From contig CAWHAE010000018.1 of NCBI GenBank assembly GCA_963827235.1, positions 288,001-352,000 on the forward strand: a DNA stretch of 64,000 bases, read 5' to 3'. The stretch is from an uncultured bacterium. Its GTDB lineage: Bacteria > Chloroflexota > UBA5177 > JANWHV01. Shown here one piece after another: positions 17,095 to 26,566 of the stretch (position 1 is its first letter; every line of letters begins with the position of its first letter). The notes below the pieces were generated by a model. That model worked only from the letters and a program-made list of their open reading frames with translations, was not told the origin of the DNA and made no database searches. The position numbers and the translations under genes are program-made.

Positions 17095-17901
17095 TCAGCG
17101 ATGCAGAAGCCCGACCAGGGCCAGCACCAGTCCGAGCGGGCCACACACGCAGGCGCCGTACAGCGAATAGGTGGCAATCTGCCTCGCCGATCTGACCAGA
17201 TCCTCGCGGCTCTTGAGGGTGATCAAGAACGGTGCGTTCGGGTCGCGGCTTGCCGCCATGCCCAGGCTGCCGTTGCCGTCACTTGCCGATCCGAGAACGT
17301 ACACCACCCGATCCACGGCCAGCACATCCTCCCGGTAGTGGTAGCCCAGGGTGCGCCGTCGACCGGGCACTGCGCCGGGCAGCATAAGCTGAAAGCGTCC
17401 CGCGTGAAGGTGGCCGGCCGCGTCTCCCGGCTCGAAACGGTCGACGACCTTCTCCATGTCGATTCTGGCACCCTCGGGCGCGACAGGTATGCGGTCGCTC
17501 CCATCGTTCAGCCGGAACGGCACCCGCCGCTCGTTACCGGCCACGGTGTCGCTGCCGCTGCGGGTCTGGCGGCGGACCTTACCATCCGGGTCTCGCACGT
17601 CCACGTCTTCTTCCCAGCGACGCTGCACGCGAAAGCGGTAAGCCACGCAGGCGGCACCGGCGATCTCCGACCGTAGTGGCTGTTCGCACTCGACGGTGCC
17701 CCGCAGGCCGACCTGCTGGCTGAACACGCCCGTGCCGACCACATCTGATACTCGCTGGTACAGAGCTCGCAGATCACCGATCGTCGATGCCTCCGTGGAT
17801 CCCGCCGCGAGCGCCAGGCGAGCGTTCCACCGCGAGACAAAGTAGAGTGACGCAGCGACGACGATCAGCGTCGCTCCTGCGATGATCAGGTTCATCGGCA
17901 T
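17095..17901 (-). CDS. GIDE domain-containing membrane protein (no RING domain)
   Basis: N- and C-terminal TM helices; GTVECEQPLRSEIAGAACVAY, PFRLNDGSDRIPV.PEGA, YREDVL..D..VYVLG, PFLITLKS.EDL match the bacterial GIDE pattern. Confidence 0.78.
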   Translation of the reverse strand: MPMNLIIAGATLIVVAASLYFVSRWNARLALAAGSTEASTIGDLRALYQRVSDVVGTGVFSQQVGLRGTVECEQPLRSEIAGAACVAYRFRVQRRWEEDVDVRDPDGKVRRQTRSGSDTVAGNERRVPFRLNDGSDRIPVAPEGARIDMEKVVDRFEPGDAAGHLHAGRFQLMLPGAVPGRRRTLGYHYREDVLAVDRVVYVLGSASDGNGSLGMAASRDPNAPFLITLKSREDLVRSARQIATYSLYGACVCGPLGLVLALVGLLHR

Positions 17902-18320
17902 GGTCTCCCGAACGGCGATGCCTAACGAGCGCCGGCGAGGCCGGCGATCGCGAAGCCGCGCCTCAGCGGCTTGCCGATTCTAGGCACCTATCCTGAATGC
18001 TGTCAAGCACCGCGCCGCCCAAGCGCGGACCGCCGAACCGATGCCGTTGGCAGCCCGCGAACAGAGCGACGATGCGCCTGGTCCTGGGAGACAGGGCATC
18101 GTGCCCAATACTCCGCAGGCAAGAAGGACATGCGGCCGATCGCGCGTAGCCGTAGCCGAGATGCCCCGGGCTTCAGCGCCAAGTCTGCTTCCCGCGTGTC
18201 TGAACCGTCCTGGGCATCGTGCCCGCCCGGTCCGCTGCCACGAGGCGAACGCCACGCGCGCCGCGTACCCCGGCACCCCCTTGTGAATACGCCGACAGAA
18301 CGCAGGCTGCGCGGCAGGTG

Positions 18321-18509
18321 CTACCGCTCTACCGACCTGCTCCGCAGGTCTTCGAGCGCCTCGTTTACCAGCGCGTTCATGCTACGGCGCTCGTAAAAGG
18401 CGGTGGTGCGAAGCCATTCGTACAGGTCAGAAGACAGTCGTACCTGGAGAATTGACTGGTGCTTATCACTACGCTGCTCGTCTGCGGGCGGCTTCGACTG
18501 TGCGCTCAT
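18321..18509 (-). CDS. Ribbon-helix-helix (Arc/CopG-like) DNA-binding protein
   Basis: LQVRLSSDLYEWLRTTAFYERRSMNALVNEALE. Confidence 0.72.
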   Translation of the reverse strand: MSAQSKPPADEQRSDKHQSILQVRLSSDLYEWLRTTAFYERRSMNALVNEALEDLRSRSVER

Positions 18510-18630
18510 TTCCGGCCCTCTGCTAGCTCGCTCGTCGACCACGGCGTGTCGTGCGTGGTAATCGCGGCCGCCCTGCCGGCCGGCACCCTACGGCGCCGGC
18601 ATCAAGCAACGCCACTGGCCCCCATGCACG

Positions 18631-18672
18631 CTATCATGCTAGCATCATACTAAGTGCGGTCGTTCGTGTCAA
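18631..18672 (-). promoter_or_regulatory. Consensus sigma70/sigA promoter with an overlapping palindrome
   Basis: Minus strand TTGACA (18672-18667), 17 nt, TATGAT (18649-18644); palindrome ATGCTAGCAT at 18636-18645. Confidence 0.7.
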
Positions 18673-18920
18673 AGCGCCTCGCCGTGTGAAGCACGCCTCA
18701 TTCTCACGGTCCAGCGCTTGGGCCGCCGATCCCGGAAGTGCGGCCGCGCTTCCTCCAGGCGTGACGAGCATCATCCCGTCGGACGAATTCCCGACCTCAC
18801 GCGCCAGTCTTCCCGGGCTGGAGGCTACCGTCCCTCGCCCACCCGGCCGCGGCCCGCGGAGCTCACCGCAGTGGGTCGCTCCTTACATACTGCCGCGGCC
18901 GGAGGCCCCGTTCCTCGTGC

Positions 18921-20042
18921 TCAGCGCTCCTCGATCGGGGTGTATGGGCGCAGACTGGGCCCAACGTAGTCGGCACGCGGGCGCATGAGCCGGTTGTTCG
19001 CATACTGCTCCAGGATGTGCGCCGTCCATCCCGCGATGCGGCTGCAAGCAAACACCGGTGTGAAGAGGTCGGTATGGATGCCGAGGGCACGGTAGGTCGA
19101 TGCCGAGTAGAAATCCACATTCGCGTAGAGGCCCTTGGCCTCGCGCACGACCTGCTCTACAAGCTCCGACATCTGGAACCAGTAGGGATTGCCCGAGCGC
19201 TCACCCACGTCTCGCGCCATACCGCGCAAGGCCGTGGCGCGCGGGTCCTCGGTGCGGTAGACGGCGTGCCCAAAGCCCATGATGCGCTCGCCGCGCGCCA
19301 GGGCCGCGTGTACCCACTCGCGTGCCGATCCGGGGGAGTCAATCGCTTCGAGCATGCGCATCACGCGCTCGTTGGCGCCGCCGTGCGACGGTCCCGCCAG
19401 GGCCGCGATCGCGGCGGTAACCGCGCCGTAGATGTCGGCAAGCGTCGACGCCACTTCGCGAGCAGCGAACGTGGACGCATTCAGCTCGTGGTCCGCGTGA
19501 AGGATGAGTGCCACGTCGAACACGTGCGCATCCTGCCTATCGGGTTCCTTGCCGCGCAGCATATAGAGGAAGTTGGCGGCCAGCGGCAGGTCGGGCCGGG
19601 GCGTGATAGGCGAATGCCCGTAGCGCAGCTTGTCGAACGCGGCGACGATGGTTGGGATGCGCGCGGTCAGTCGTACCGCCTTGCGCACCATGGCGGGACG
19701 TGAGCTGTCGAAGAGCTCACGGTCGTACATGGCCATGGCGGAAACGGCGGTCCGCAGAGCCGACATCGGAGAGCCGCTGCTCGGCAGCGAGCCCAGCATG
19801 TCGATGATCTCCGCCGGCAGCTCGGCCTCGGACTTGATCACCTCGGCGAGCTGTTCGAGCTGCAGCAGTGTCGGCAGCTCGCCGTGCCATAGCAGATAAA
19901 TCACTTCCTCGAAGGTGGAGTAGCGGGCTAGGTCGGCTATATCGTAACCGCGATAGGACAGCTTTCCCCGTGCACCGTCGACGTTGCATATGGCAGACGA
20001 AGCAGCGATTACATCGCGCAGACCGGCGGTCGGACTAGCCAT
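18921..20042 (-). CDS. Citrate synthase (dimeric CitZ/PrpC type)
   Basis: GKLSYRGY, DHELNASTF, GPSHGGANE, MGFGHAVY, ANVDFYS, RIAGWTAH. Confidence 0.95.
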   Translation of the reverse strand: MASPTAGLRDVIAASSAICNVDGARGKLSYRGYDIADLARYSTFEEVIYLLWHGELPTLLQLEQLAEVIKSEAELPAEIIDMLGSLPSSGSPMSALRTAVSAMAMYDRELFDSSRPAMVRKAVRLTARIPTIVAAFDKLRYGHSPITPRPDLPLAANFLYMLRGKEPDRQDAHVFDVALILHADHELNASTFAAREVASTLADIYGAVTAAIAALAGPSHGGANERVMRMLEAIDSPGSAREWVHAALARGERIMGFGHAVYRTEDPRATALRGMARDVGERSGNPYWFQMSELVEQVVREAKGLYANVDFYSASTYRALGIHTDLFTPVFACSRIAGWTAHILEQYANNRLMRPRADYVGPSLRPYTPIEER

Positions 20043-20183
20043 ACCATTCCCTCTCTCCGCCCGCCAAACGGCGGGCTGACCGTCGAAAACTGAAAGTTGC
20101 CCCGCCGGCGCGGAACGGAATCCACCCCGGATTGCTCTGAGTAGTTACAGTATCGCTGGACTTAGGGCCAGGGTCAACAGAAT

Positions 20184-21854
20184 TCACGCCCCCGCGCGGC
20201 GTGCCGGTGCGACCGCCGGCGCGTCGGAGACGTCCGTACGCGCCTTGCCCCCGTCGCCGGGTTGAGCCTGCAAACCGGCCAGACCCGGCAGAATGACGAC
20301 GAAGCGGGTCCAGCCGTCCTCGCCGCTACGCGCTTCCACGTTGCCGCCGTGTGCAACCACGATCTCACGGACGATGGCCAGGCCCAGTCCTGTGCCGCCG
20401 GTCCTCGTCGCCCGCGAATGGTCGGTGCGATAGAAGCGCTGAAACACGCGCGTGAGATCCTCGGCCGCAATGCCGGCGCCGGTGTTCGACACGGTCATGG
20501 AGACGCCGGCTGCAACCGCGGCCGTGCTCAGGGCGACGGTTCCCGCCGCGTCGCAGAACTTCACCGCGTTGTCCATCAGGTTCACCAGGACCTGAGTCAG
20601 CCGATCGGCATCGCCGAACACCATGAGGGCTCCGACCGATCGCTCGTCGAGGAAGCGCAGCCCGGCGTGGGCCGGCAGCGTGGCGTACCGCTCCAGGATG
20701 CTGCCGGCCAGATGATTGAGATCGACGGCTTGCTGGCGAAGCTGGAGCTGCCCGGCCTCCAGCTTGGAGAGGTCGAGCAGATCCTGGGTGAGGCGCTGAA
20801 GCCGTCGCGCCTCCTCGTTGATCACCTGCACCGCGCGGCGTTGCGTAGCATCGGCCGCCATCTCGTCGCTATCCGCCAGAATCTGGCTGAAGCCGACCAG
20901 CGAGGTCAGGGGAGTCTTCAGGTCGTGCGAGACGTTGGCGATGAATTGCCGTTGCATCTCGCGCGCTGTGCTGACCTCACTCGCCATCTTGTTGAAGCTG
21001 CGCGCCAGATCTCCGATCTCGTCGTTGCGTGCTTCCTGCACCCGCTGGTTGTAGTCGCCGCGCGCCATCTTCTCCGAGGCTTGAGCGATGGATTGGATGG
21101 GCCGCGTGATGGCGCGCACGATCAGCAGGACGACGAGCATAGTCACCACGAGCGCGAAGGCGCCCGCCCTGGCCAGCTCGGGAACCAGGCTGCCGAAGGC
21201 GCGCTGATCCACTCCGCCGGGCGACTTGGCCACGATGATGGCACGCACGAGCAGCGGCGGCGTGTAGCTCTGCCAGGCAGCCGTGCCCATCAATGCGGCG
21301 TACGAGGCGGAGAACGAGGCCGAGCAGGCGGCATAGTAGTAGGTGCTGCCGCCCGGCAGGCCGGTCGTCTGCTGTACCTGCTTGCAGCTGTTGGGAGACT
21401 GGAGACTGAGCACGACAGGTTGGGGCGAGCGGCCGGACACGTCGTCCAGCGTGCGGCAGTCTGTCTGTGGGTACAGGCTAACCGGCGGTGACGTCGAATC
21501 CGTATCCATCGCCACCTGATCGCAGTAGTCGGTAAGCAAGATGCGGAATCCGCTGGCGCGGGCCAGTGAGGTGAGCTGGCCGCGCAGAGCCGTGACGGCT
21601 GCCAGGTCTCGCTGACCGGCGTCCTGGGCCTCCTCCGACTGCGAAAAACGGATAAGGTCCTTCTTGACCTGGGTGAACACCGAGGGAGCCGACGTCAACA
21701 AGTCGGACTGCACCTGTCTGGCGTCGGAGGCGCTGATCTGGCGCCAGAAGGCGGCACCGGTAAGCGCCGAGCTGAAGAGAAGCACGCCGACGAAGGCGAC
21801 GAAGAGTCTGCTACGCAGGCTGACAAAGCGCGGGTGGGGAAAGCGGCCGCTCAT
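20184..21854 (-). CDS. HAMP-domain sensor histidine kinase
   Basis: Two TM helices around an extracellular domain, HAMP DEIGDLARSFN, SHDLKTPLTS, NLMDNAVKF, GGTGLGL. Confidence 0.94.
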   Translation of the reverse strand: MSGRFPHPRFVSLRSRLFVAFVGVLLFSSALTGAAFWRQISASDARQVQSDLLTSAPSVFTQVKKDLIRFSQSEEAQDAGQRDLAAVTALRGQLTSLARASGFRILLTDYCDQVAMDTDSTSPPVSLYPQTDCRTLDDVSGRSPQPVVLSLQSPNSCKQVQQTTGLPGGSTYYYAACSASFSASYAALMGTAAWQSYTPPLLVRAIIVAKSPGGVDQRAFGSLVPELARAGAFALVVTMLVVLLIVRAITRPIQSIAQASEKMARGDYNQRVQEARNDEIGDLARSFNKMASEVSTAREMQRQFIANVSHDLKTPLTSLVGFSQILADSDEMAADATQRRAVQVINEEARRLQRLTQDLLDLSKLEAGQLQLRQQAVDLNHLAGSILERYATLPAHAGLRFLDERSVGALMVFGDADRLTQVLVNLMDNAVKFCDAAGTVALSTAAVAAGVSMTVSNTGAGIAAEDLTRVFQRFYRTDHSRATRTGGTGLGLAIVREIVVAHGGNVEARSGEDGWTRFVVILPGLAGLQAQPGDGGKARTDVSDAPAVAPARRAGA

Positions 21855-21858
21855 GGCA

Positions 21859-22554
21859 TCAGCCGGTCTGCGGCGCCTCGAACTTATAGCCTACGCCCCA
21901 CACGGTGCTGATCCATCCCGGGCCGCCCCCTGCCGCCTGCAGCTTGTCCCGCACGTGCTGAACGTGCACGTCCACGGTGCGGCTGAAGCCCTCGAAGTCG
22001 TAGCCCCAGACCGTGTTCAGCAGCTGCTCGCGGCTGAACACCTGGCCGGGATGCCTGGCCAGGGCCAGCAGCAGGTCGAACTCCTTCGGTCGCAGCTCCA
22101 CCTGCTGGCTGCCGACACGCACTTCCCTGCGGTCGGGATCCAGGCGCAGGCTGCCGAACTCCAGTGCGCCCGACGGCCTCTCGGCGGTAGCCTGAACGCG
22201 CCGCAACAGAGCCTTGACCCGCGCCACCATTTCCTTGGGCTCGAAGGGCTTGGTGAGGTAGTCATCCGCGCCAAGCTCGAATCCCACGACCTTGTCTACG
22301 ATGTCATCGCGAGCCGTGAGCATGAGAATCGGCACCATGCTCTGCTTGCGGATCTCGCGGCACACGTCCGTCCCGGACATACCGGGAAGCATGATGTCGA
22401 GCACGACGAGCGCCGGCTTCACCCGGCCGCACATCTCCAGCGCCTGAGGGCCGCTGGCGGCGTGCTCCACCGAGAAGCCCTCTCGTCCCAGGTAGTGGGC
22501 GACGAGCTCTCGAATGTGGTCTTCGTCGTCGACGATCAATATCGGACCGGCCAT
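21859..22554 (-). CDS. OmpR/PhoB family response regulator
   Basis: ILIVDD, LDIMLP, GADDYLTKPF, VFSREQLL..VWG, RTVDVHV, TVWGVGY. Confidence 0.95.
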   Translation of the reverse strand: MAGPILIVDDEDHIRELVAHYLGREGFSVEHAASGPQALEMCGRVKPALVVLDIMLPGMSGTDVCREIRKQSMVPILMLTARDDIVDKVVGFELGADDYLTKPFEPKEMVARVKALLRRVQATAERPSGALEFGSLRLDPDRREVRVGSQQVELRPKEFDLLLALARHPGQVFSREQLLNTVWGYDFEGFSRTVDVHVQHVRDKLQAAGGGPGWISTVWGVGYKFEAPQTG

Positions 22555-22825
22555 GGCCGTATCTTACCATGCTCCGGCACACTTCGAAACGAGATCATGT
22601 GCGTGTCCGCCAAGTGCCCCGTCCGCAGCCGAATACCGGCCCGATCTGCACCAATGTGCAGCCGCTCCCGGGACTTTGCGGCATGGTCGGAACCCGCACA
22701 CATAGTGTTCTCTGCCCGGTCTCCGGTACGATGGTGACGTCAAAACGGCACTGATTGCATTATGCGGCGTCACCGGCCGATAATGGACATGTGTGGTGCT
22801 TGCGAGATAAGCGGAGGAAGCGGAG

Positions 22826-23131
22826 ATGGCTAAGCAGGAAGGCGAGGCTGCAGTGGGCAAGAACGAGATGGTGAACGTTGGCGCGCAGAACTACGTGGTT
22901 GCACATCGCGTCGTGGCTATCCTTGCAAGTAACACCGCCCCCATTCGACGCGTGATCCGCGAAGGCAAGGATTCCGGCAAACTGCTTGATGTGAGCCAGC
23001 ATAGGGAGCTGCGGTCCGTCGTCGTACTCGACGATGGACACATGGTGGCAAGCTTCTTGCCGACCACTACCGTCGTCCGCCGCTTCGGCGACCCAACTGC
23101 CACGCTGGAGGAAAGCGATCCCGATGAGTGA
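22826..23131 (+). CDS. remA: RemA/DUF370 family regulator
   Basis: NVGAQNYV..HRVVAIL..NTAPIRR, LLDVSQ...RSVVVLDDGH; conserved position upstream of gmk. Confidence 0.8.
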   Translation: MAKQEGEAAVGKNEMVNVGAQNYVVAHRVVAILASNTAPIRRVIREGKDSGKLLDVSQHRELRSVVVLDDGHMVASFLPTTTVVRRFGDPTATLEESDPDE

Positions 23132-23729
23132 ACCCGCGGTGGGCGGGTCGCTTTTCGTCTTGTCCGGCCCATCCGGCGTCGGCAAAGACGCCGCGATAGA
23201 GCGCCTCAAGGCGCGCGATATAGACATCTACCACGTGATCACGGCGACCACGCGGCAGCGGCGGCCGAACGAGCAGCACGGGGTGGACTACTTCTTCTAT
23301 TCGCCGGACGAGTTCGTGGACTTGCTGAAGCGCAACGAGCTGCTTGAGTCCGCGGTCGTGGCGGGTAACCGCTACGGCACACCGCGCACTCAGGTGCGTG
23401 AGCAGCTGGTACAGGGCTCCGACGTCTTGCTCAAGATCGACGTCCAGGGAGCGCGGCAGGTGAAGATCCGGGTACCTGACGCGGTGTTCATCTTTCTTGC
23501 GCCCCCCTCTATCGACGACCTGGTCGAGCGTCTCAAACAGCGAAACACGGAGACCGAGCAGCAGATCGCCGAGCGGATGCTCACCGCCTACGTGGAGATG
23601 GAAGCGGTGGACAGCTACGACTATGTTGTGGTCAACCGGCACGACAAGCTGGATCTGGCGGTGGACCAGATAAGCTGCATCATCTGCGCCGAGCGCTGCC
23701 GTGTTCATCGCCGCACCGTCGTCGTCTAG
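23124..23729 (+). CDS. gmk: Guanylate kinase
   Basis: LSGPSGVGK, TTRQRRPNE..GVDYFF, YGT, IDVQGA, FLAPPS; ATG 23124 overlaps the remA end. Confidence 0.96.
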   Translation: MSEPAVGGSLFVLSGPSGVGKDAAIERLKARDIDIYHVITATTRQRRPNEQHGVDYFFYSPDEFVDLLKRNELLESAVVAGNRYGTPRTQVREQLVQGSDVLLKIDVQGARQVKIRVPDAVFIFLAPPSIDDLVERLKQRNTETEQQIAERMLTAYVEMEAVDSYDYVVVNRHDKLDLAVDQISCIICAERCRVHRRTVVV

Positions 23730-24183
23730 ACCGGCAATCCGAAGATCTGGCGCGGTTTCGGCACGGAGTCCACGCTGGGGGTGCACTGCACTCCCGACGC
23801 GGGCTCCGTGCATACCGCCGGTGCCACGCGTGGCGCGGGACGCAACGGACACGACGTGATCGGCGCCCGCCGGCGCCGGTCGTTGACTCGTATCCCGGCC
23901 CTTCTCCGGCCGGGCTTCAATAAACCAGGCAAGCGAAGCGCCCGCGCCGGCCGGCGTCGCGCCGAGGCAAGTGCCAGCTCTGAGCGCGCGGCCTGAACGA
24001 TGCCCACCGGCTGAGCGACTACGCAGGCCCAGGGCGACCGGTCGGCATCACGCCGTCCGCACCACGGGCCCCGGCGGGCTTCCTCCGTCGAGCTCGGGAA
24101 CGGGCACCCCCGGTCGCTGGCGACCTCACGGAGCACCAACCGACCATTACATGCGGCCGGTTGGTGCCTCGCGAAGACGCCCG

Positions 24184-26109
24184 CTAGCGTGCCGTGATGG
24201 AATAGATCTTCCCGCTGCCGTGCCCGTACACGTCGGGGAAGTACAGCATCTTCGCCTGCGTAGGCAGGTCGTGGTATTCTCCTGCCGTCGTCAGATGCAG
24301 CTGATAGCTGTACTCATAGGTGCCGGCCGGCAGGTAGTCCGCAAACAGAGCAACCCGATCGTCGCGCTGCTCGGCATGCGAGATGTACCAGCTCAGATCC
24401 GATGTCCCGCTGGGAATCGTGGTGCGCGACGTCAAGCTGCTCAATATGCTGGTGGTGCGCAGCGACGGATCGACGGCCTCGGCGCCGGCCGGTAACGGGT
24501 CTTCGATCTGTACGTAGTAGAGATCCTCCGGCGCCGTCAGCGTGAGCACGACACGCACGTCGGAACCGGCCTGGCTGTGGCTTCCCGCTATGGGCTGGTA
24601 CTGCCTGCTCACCACGATACCGTGCTCGACCGGCCCCACTCTCGTCACCACCTGGTAGGTCACGAGCGAGACCGCGTAGGCGAGCTGCCCGCCGCCGCCG
24701 CGTTGCTGCAGGGTAACGGTGCTGCCGCCGGGGCGCAGATCGGAAAGCGGAACCGTAAACGTGCGTGGAGTGCCCCGGGTGGCGTCGGTAATCGTGCCGG
24801 AGCCGATCGTCTTGCCGTCGACCTGCACGCTGTAGTCGCTGGTTCCGCTCGACGACTGATTCCGCACCGCGTAGTCCACCAGGGCGCGCACAGCCAGCGA
24901 CGTGCTGAGGGTCGAGTCCCACCAACCCTGCTGTTGCTGCTGCACGATCAGCCAGCGCGTGGCGCCAACTACCAATGGACTGGCCGGATCGAGGCGGATC
25001 AGCGCATCCAGAATGGCGGACGTCGCCGAGACGCTGTCCTCCATCATCAGCCAGTCCGGCGAGCTGTCCGACCAGTGTGCCTGGTTGTCGAACTGCTGCG
25101 CCGCGCCGCCAATGTCGTTGATCAGCGCCTTCACACGCGGGTCGCCGGCGCCCGACGTCTGGGCGATAGCCAGGGCAAGGTACGCTCGCGCAAACGGCAG
25201 GATGTTCTGCTTGTTGCTGTACAGCGTCGATGCCAGCCCTGGATTAGGCGAGCCGGCCCGGCCCAGAAGATAGACGACGTACGACTGCAGATCATAGGCA
25301 TATGTAGACGTGTCCACGTAGCTAAACGTAGGCGACGAGCTGGGCTTCACCGCCCAGCCGCTGAGAAAGCCGGTGGCGCGCTTCAAGACCTTGGCGTCCA
25401 CGGGATAGCCCAGACTGTTGAGTGTCACCATGCCGTCCACTACCCACGCACTGACGAAGGGGTCGCTCAAGCCCTCGGGCCACCAGCCCCAGCCGCCATC
25501 GGCATTCTGACTGTTGTAGAGCGTCTGCAGCGTCACCCGAGCACTGGAGGGAAGGCTCAGCGCCAATGACGTGCCCATGCCGCTCACCGATCGCGGTAGC
25601 CGGTTGGCCTCCACCAACCCGTAGATTACGCTCGTGATCTGCTCGTTGCAGGTGTAGCCGTAGTTGGCCAGGAAGCTGGCGGCCGGCCCGAGGCTCGACA
25701 CCAGAGTGGGATAGAGTCTGATCGTGAGCGCGCCTTCGCCGGGAATCGCCCCGGCCGGCACGCTCACCCGCTGCGTGGCTACGGTCCGGAAGAGACCGCT
25801 GGTTGCCGACGTCACCGGAATGCTGTTGGCCTGTACTGGAATTGTGACCTGGAGCTTATCCCCCAGGCTCGCGTTGGTTTCCGCGAGGGCGGAGATCAGG
25901 AAGGTCCTGGAGCCGATCGCGGGAGCGGAGATCGGCCACTGCACGAGCTGCGATCCACCCGCCGCAACCTGGACCGTCGCGTGAAGGTCCGATTCGGCGC
26001 CGGAACCGGCGGCATGCAGGCTGACGGCCACTTTCTGCGCCGACTCAGTAAGGTTGTCCACCACGGCGCCGCCCATGGTCGTGTCGCCGACCGTCAGGAA
26101 TCGCGGCAA
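24184..26109 (-). CDS. Alpha-2-macroglobulin C-terminal fragment (thioester and receptor-binding-like domains)
   Basis: PRFLTVGD, YGYTCNEQ, QNADGGWGWW, STLST, EDPLPAGAEAVD. Confidence 0.7.
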   Translation of the reverse strand: MPRFLTVGDTTMGGAVVDNLTESAQKVAVSLHAAGSGAESDLHATVQVAAGGSQLVQWPISAPAIGSRTFLISALAETNASLGDKLQVTIPVQANSIPVTSATSGLFRTVATQRVSVPAGAIPGEGALTIRLYPTLVSSLGPAASFLANYGYTCNEQITSVIYGLVEANRLPRSVSGMGTSLALSLPSSARVTLQTLYNSQNADGGWGWWPEGLSDPFVSAWVVDGMVTLNSLGYPVDAKVLKRATGFLSGWAVKPSSSPTFSYVDTSTYAYDLQSYVVYLLGRAGSPNPGLASTLYSNKQNILPFARAYLALAIAQTSGAGDPRVKALINDIGGAAQQFDNQAHWSDSSPDWLMMEDSVSATSAILDALIRLDPASPLVVGATRWLIVQQQQQGWWDSTLSTSLAVRALVDYAVRNQSSSGTSDYSVQVDGKTIGSGTITDATRGTPRTFTVPLSDLRPGGSTVTLQQRGGGGQLAYAVSLVTYQVVTRVGPVEHGIVVSRQYQPIAGSHSQAGSDVRVVLTLTAPEDLYYVQIEDPLPAGAEAVDPSLRTTSILSSLTSRTTIPSGTSDLSWYISHAEQRDDRVALFADYLPAGTYEYSYQLHLTTAGEYHDLPTQAKMLYFPDVYGHGSGKIYSITAR

Positions 26110-26566
26110 AGCCGCCTCCAGCAGGAGGCTCTTCGTGCTGATCAGGTCCAGTGCTCGATTCGCCGACCAGGGTCGACTGCGTCCCGCCGGCCGCGCTGAA
26201 TGTCCAGGTGGTCAGATTGTCCGGCAGTACCACGGAAATCGACGCGTTGCCGGCCGCATTGGTGACCACCGAAGGGTTCCAGTACGCTGTGTCCGGGAAC
26301 ACGGCGCGCGTCGGGCCGCCAGGGCCACCGCCGCCGCCGCTTCCGCCTTTGGAGCCGACCGCCTGGCTCAGGTTCAGGCGATCGATATACAGGTTGAGCG
26401 TGGCCGCGCTCTCCACGCCCAGGTCCCTCTGCGCGTAGAAGGTGTCCATCAGACTGACGCTCTGGCTGGCCGCCAGGGCAAGCACGGACTTGTCGACCAA
26501 GCTCACCGCGAGCTGCGCCTGTACCGGGTGTCCCTGGGCGTCCGCGGCATGGATAGTGAACGTCAC
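26045..26566 (-). CDS. Alpha-2-macroglobulin fragment (bait region)
   Basis: VSLVDKSVLAL, KGGSGGGGG, FPDTAYWNP, LPDNLTTW. Confidence 0.6.
   Translation of the reverse strand: MTFTIHAADAQGHPVQAQLAVSLVDKSVLALAASQSVSLMDTFYAQRDLGVESAATLNLYIDRLNLSQAVGSKGGSGGGGGPGGPTRAVFPDTAYWNPSVVTNAAGNASISVVLPDNLTTWTFSAAGGTQSTLVGESSTGPDQHEEPPAGGGFAAIPDGRRHDHGRRRGGQPY

Noticed and set aside
17971-18320. Possible toxin ORF downstream of the RHH gene
   Set aside because: The candidate ORFs lack an SD and any PIN, RelE, HicA or GNAT motif.
23730-24183. ORFs between gmk and the macroglobulin gene (rpoZ often follows gmk)
   Set aside because: No RpoZ-like or other recognisable protein is present; translations have the Arg/Pro/Ala-rich composition of non-coding GC-rich DNA.
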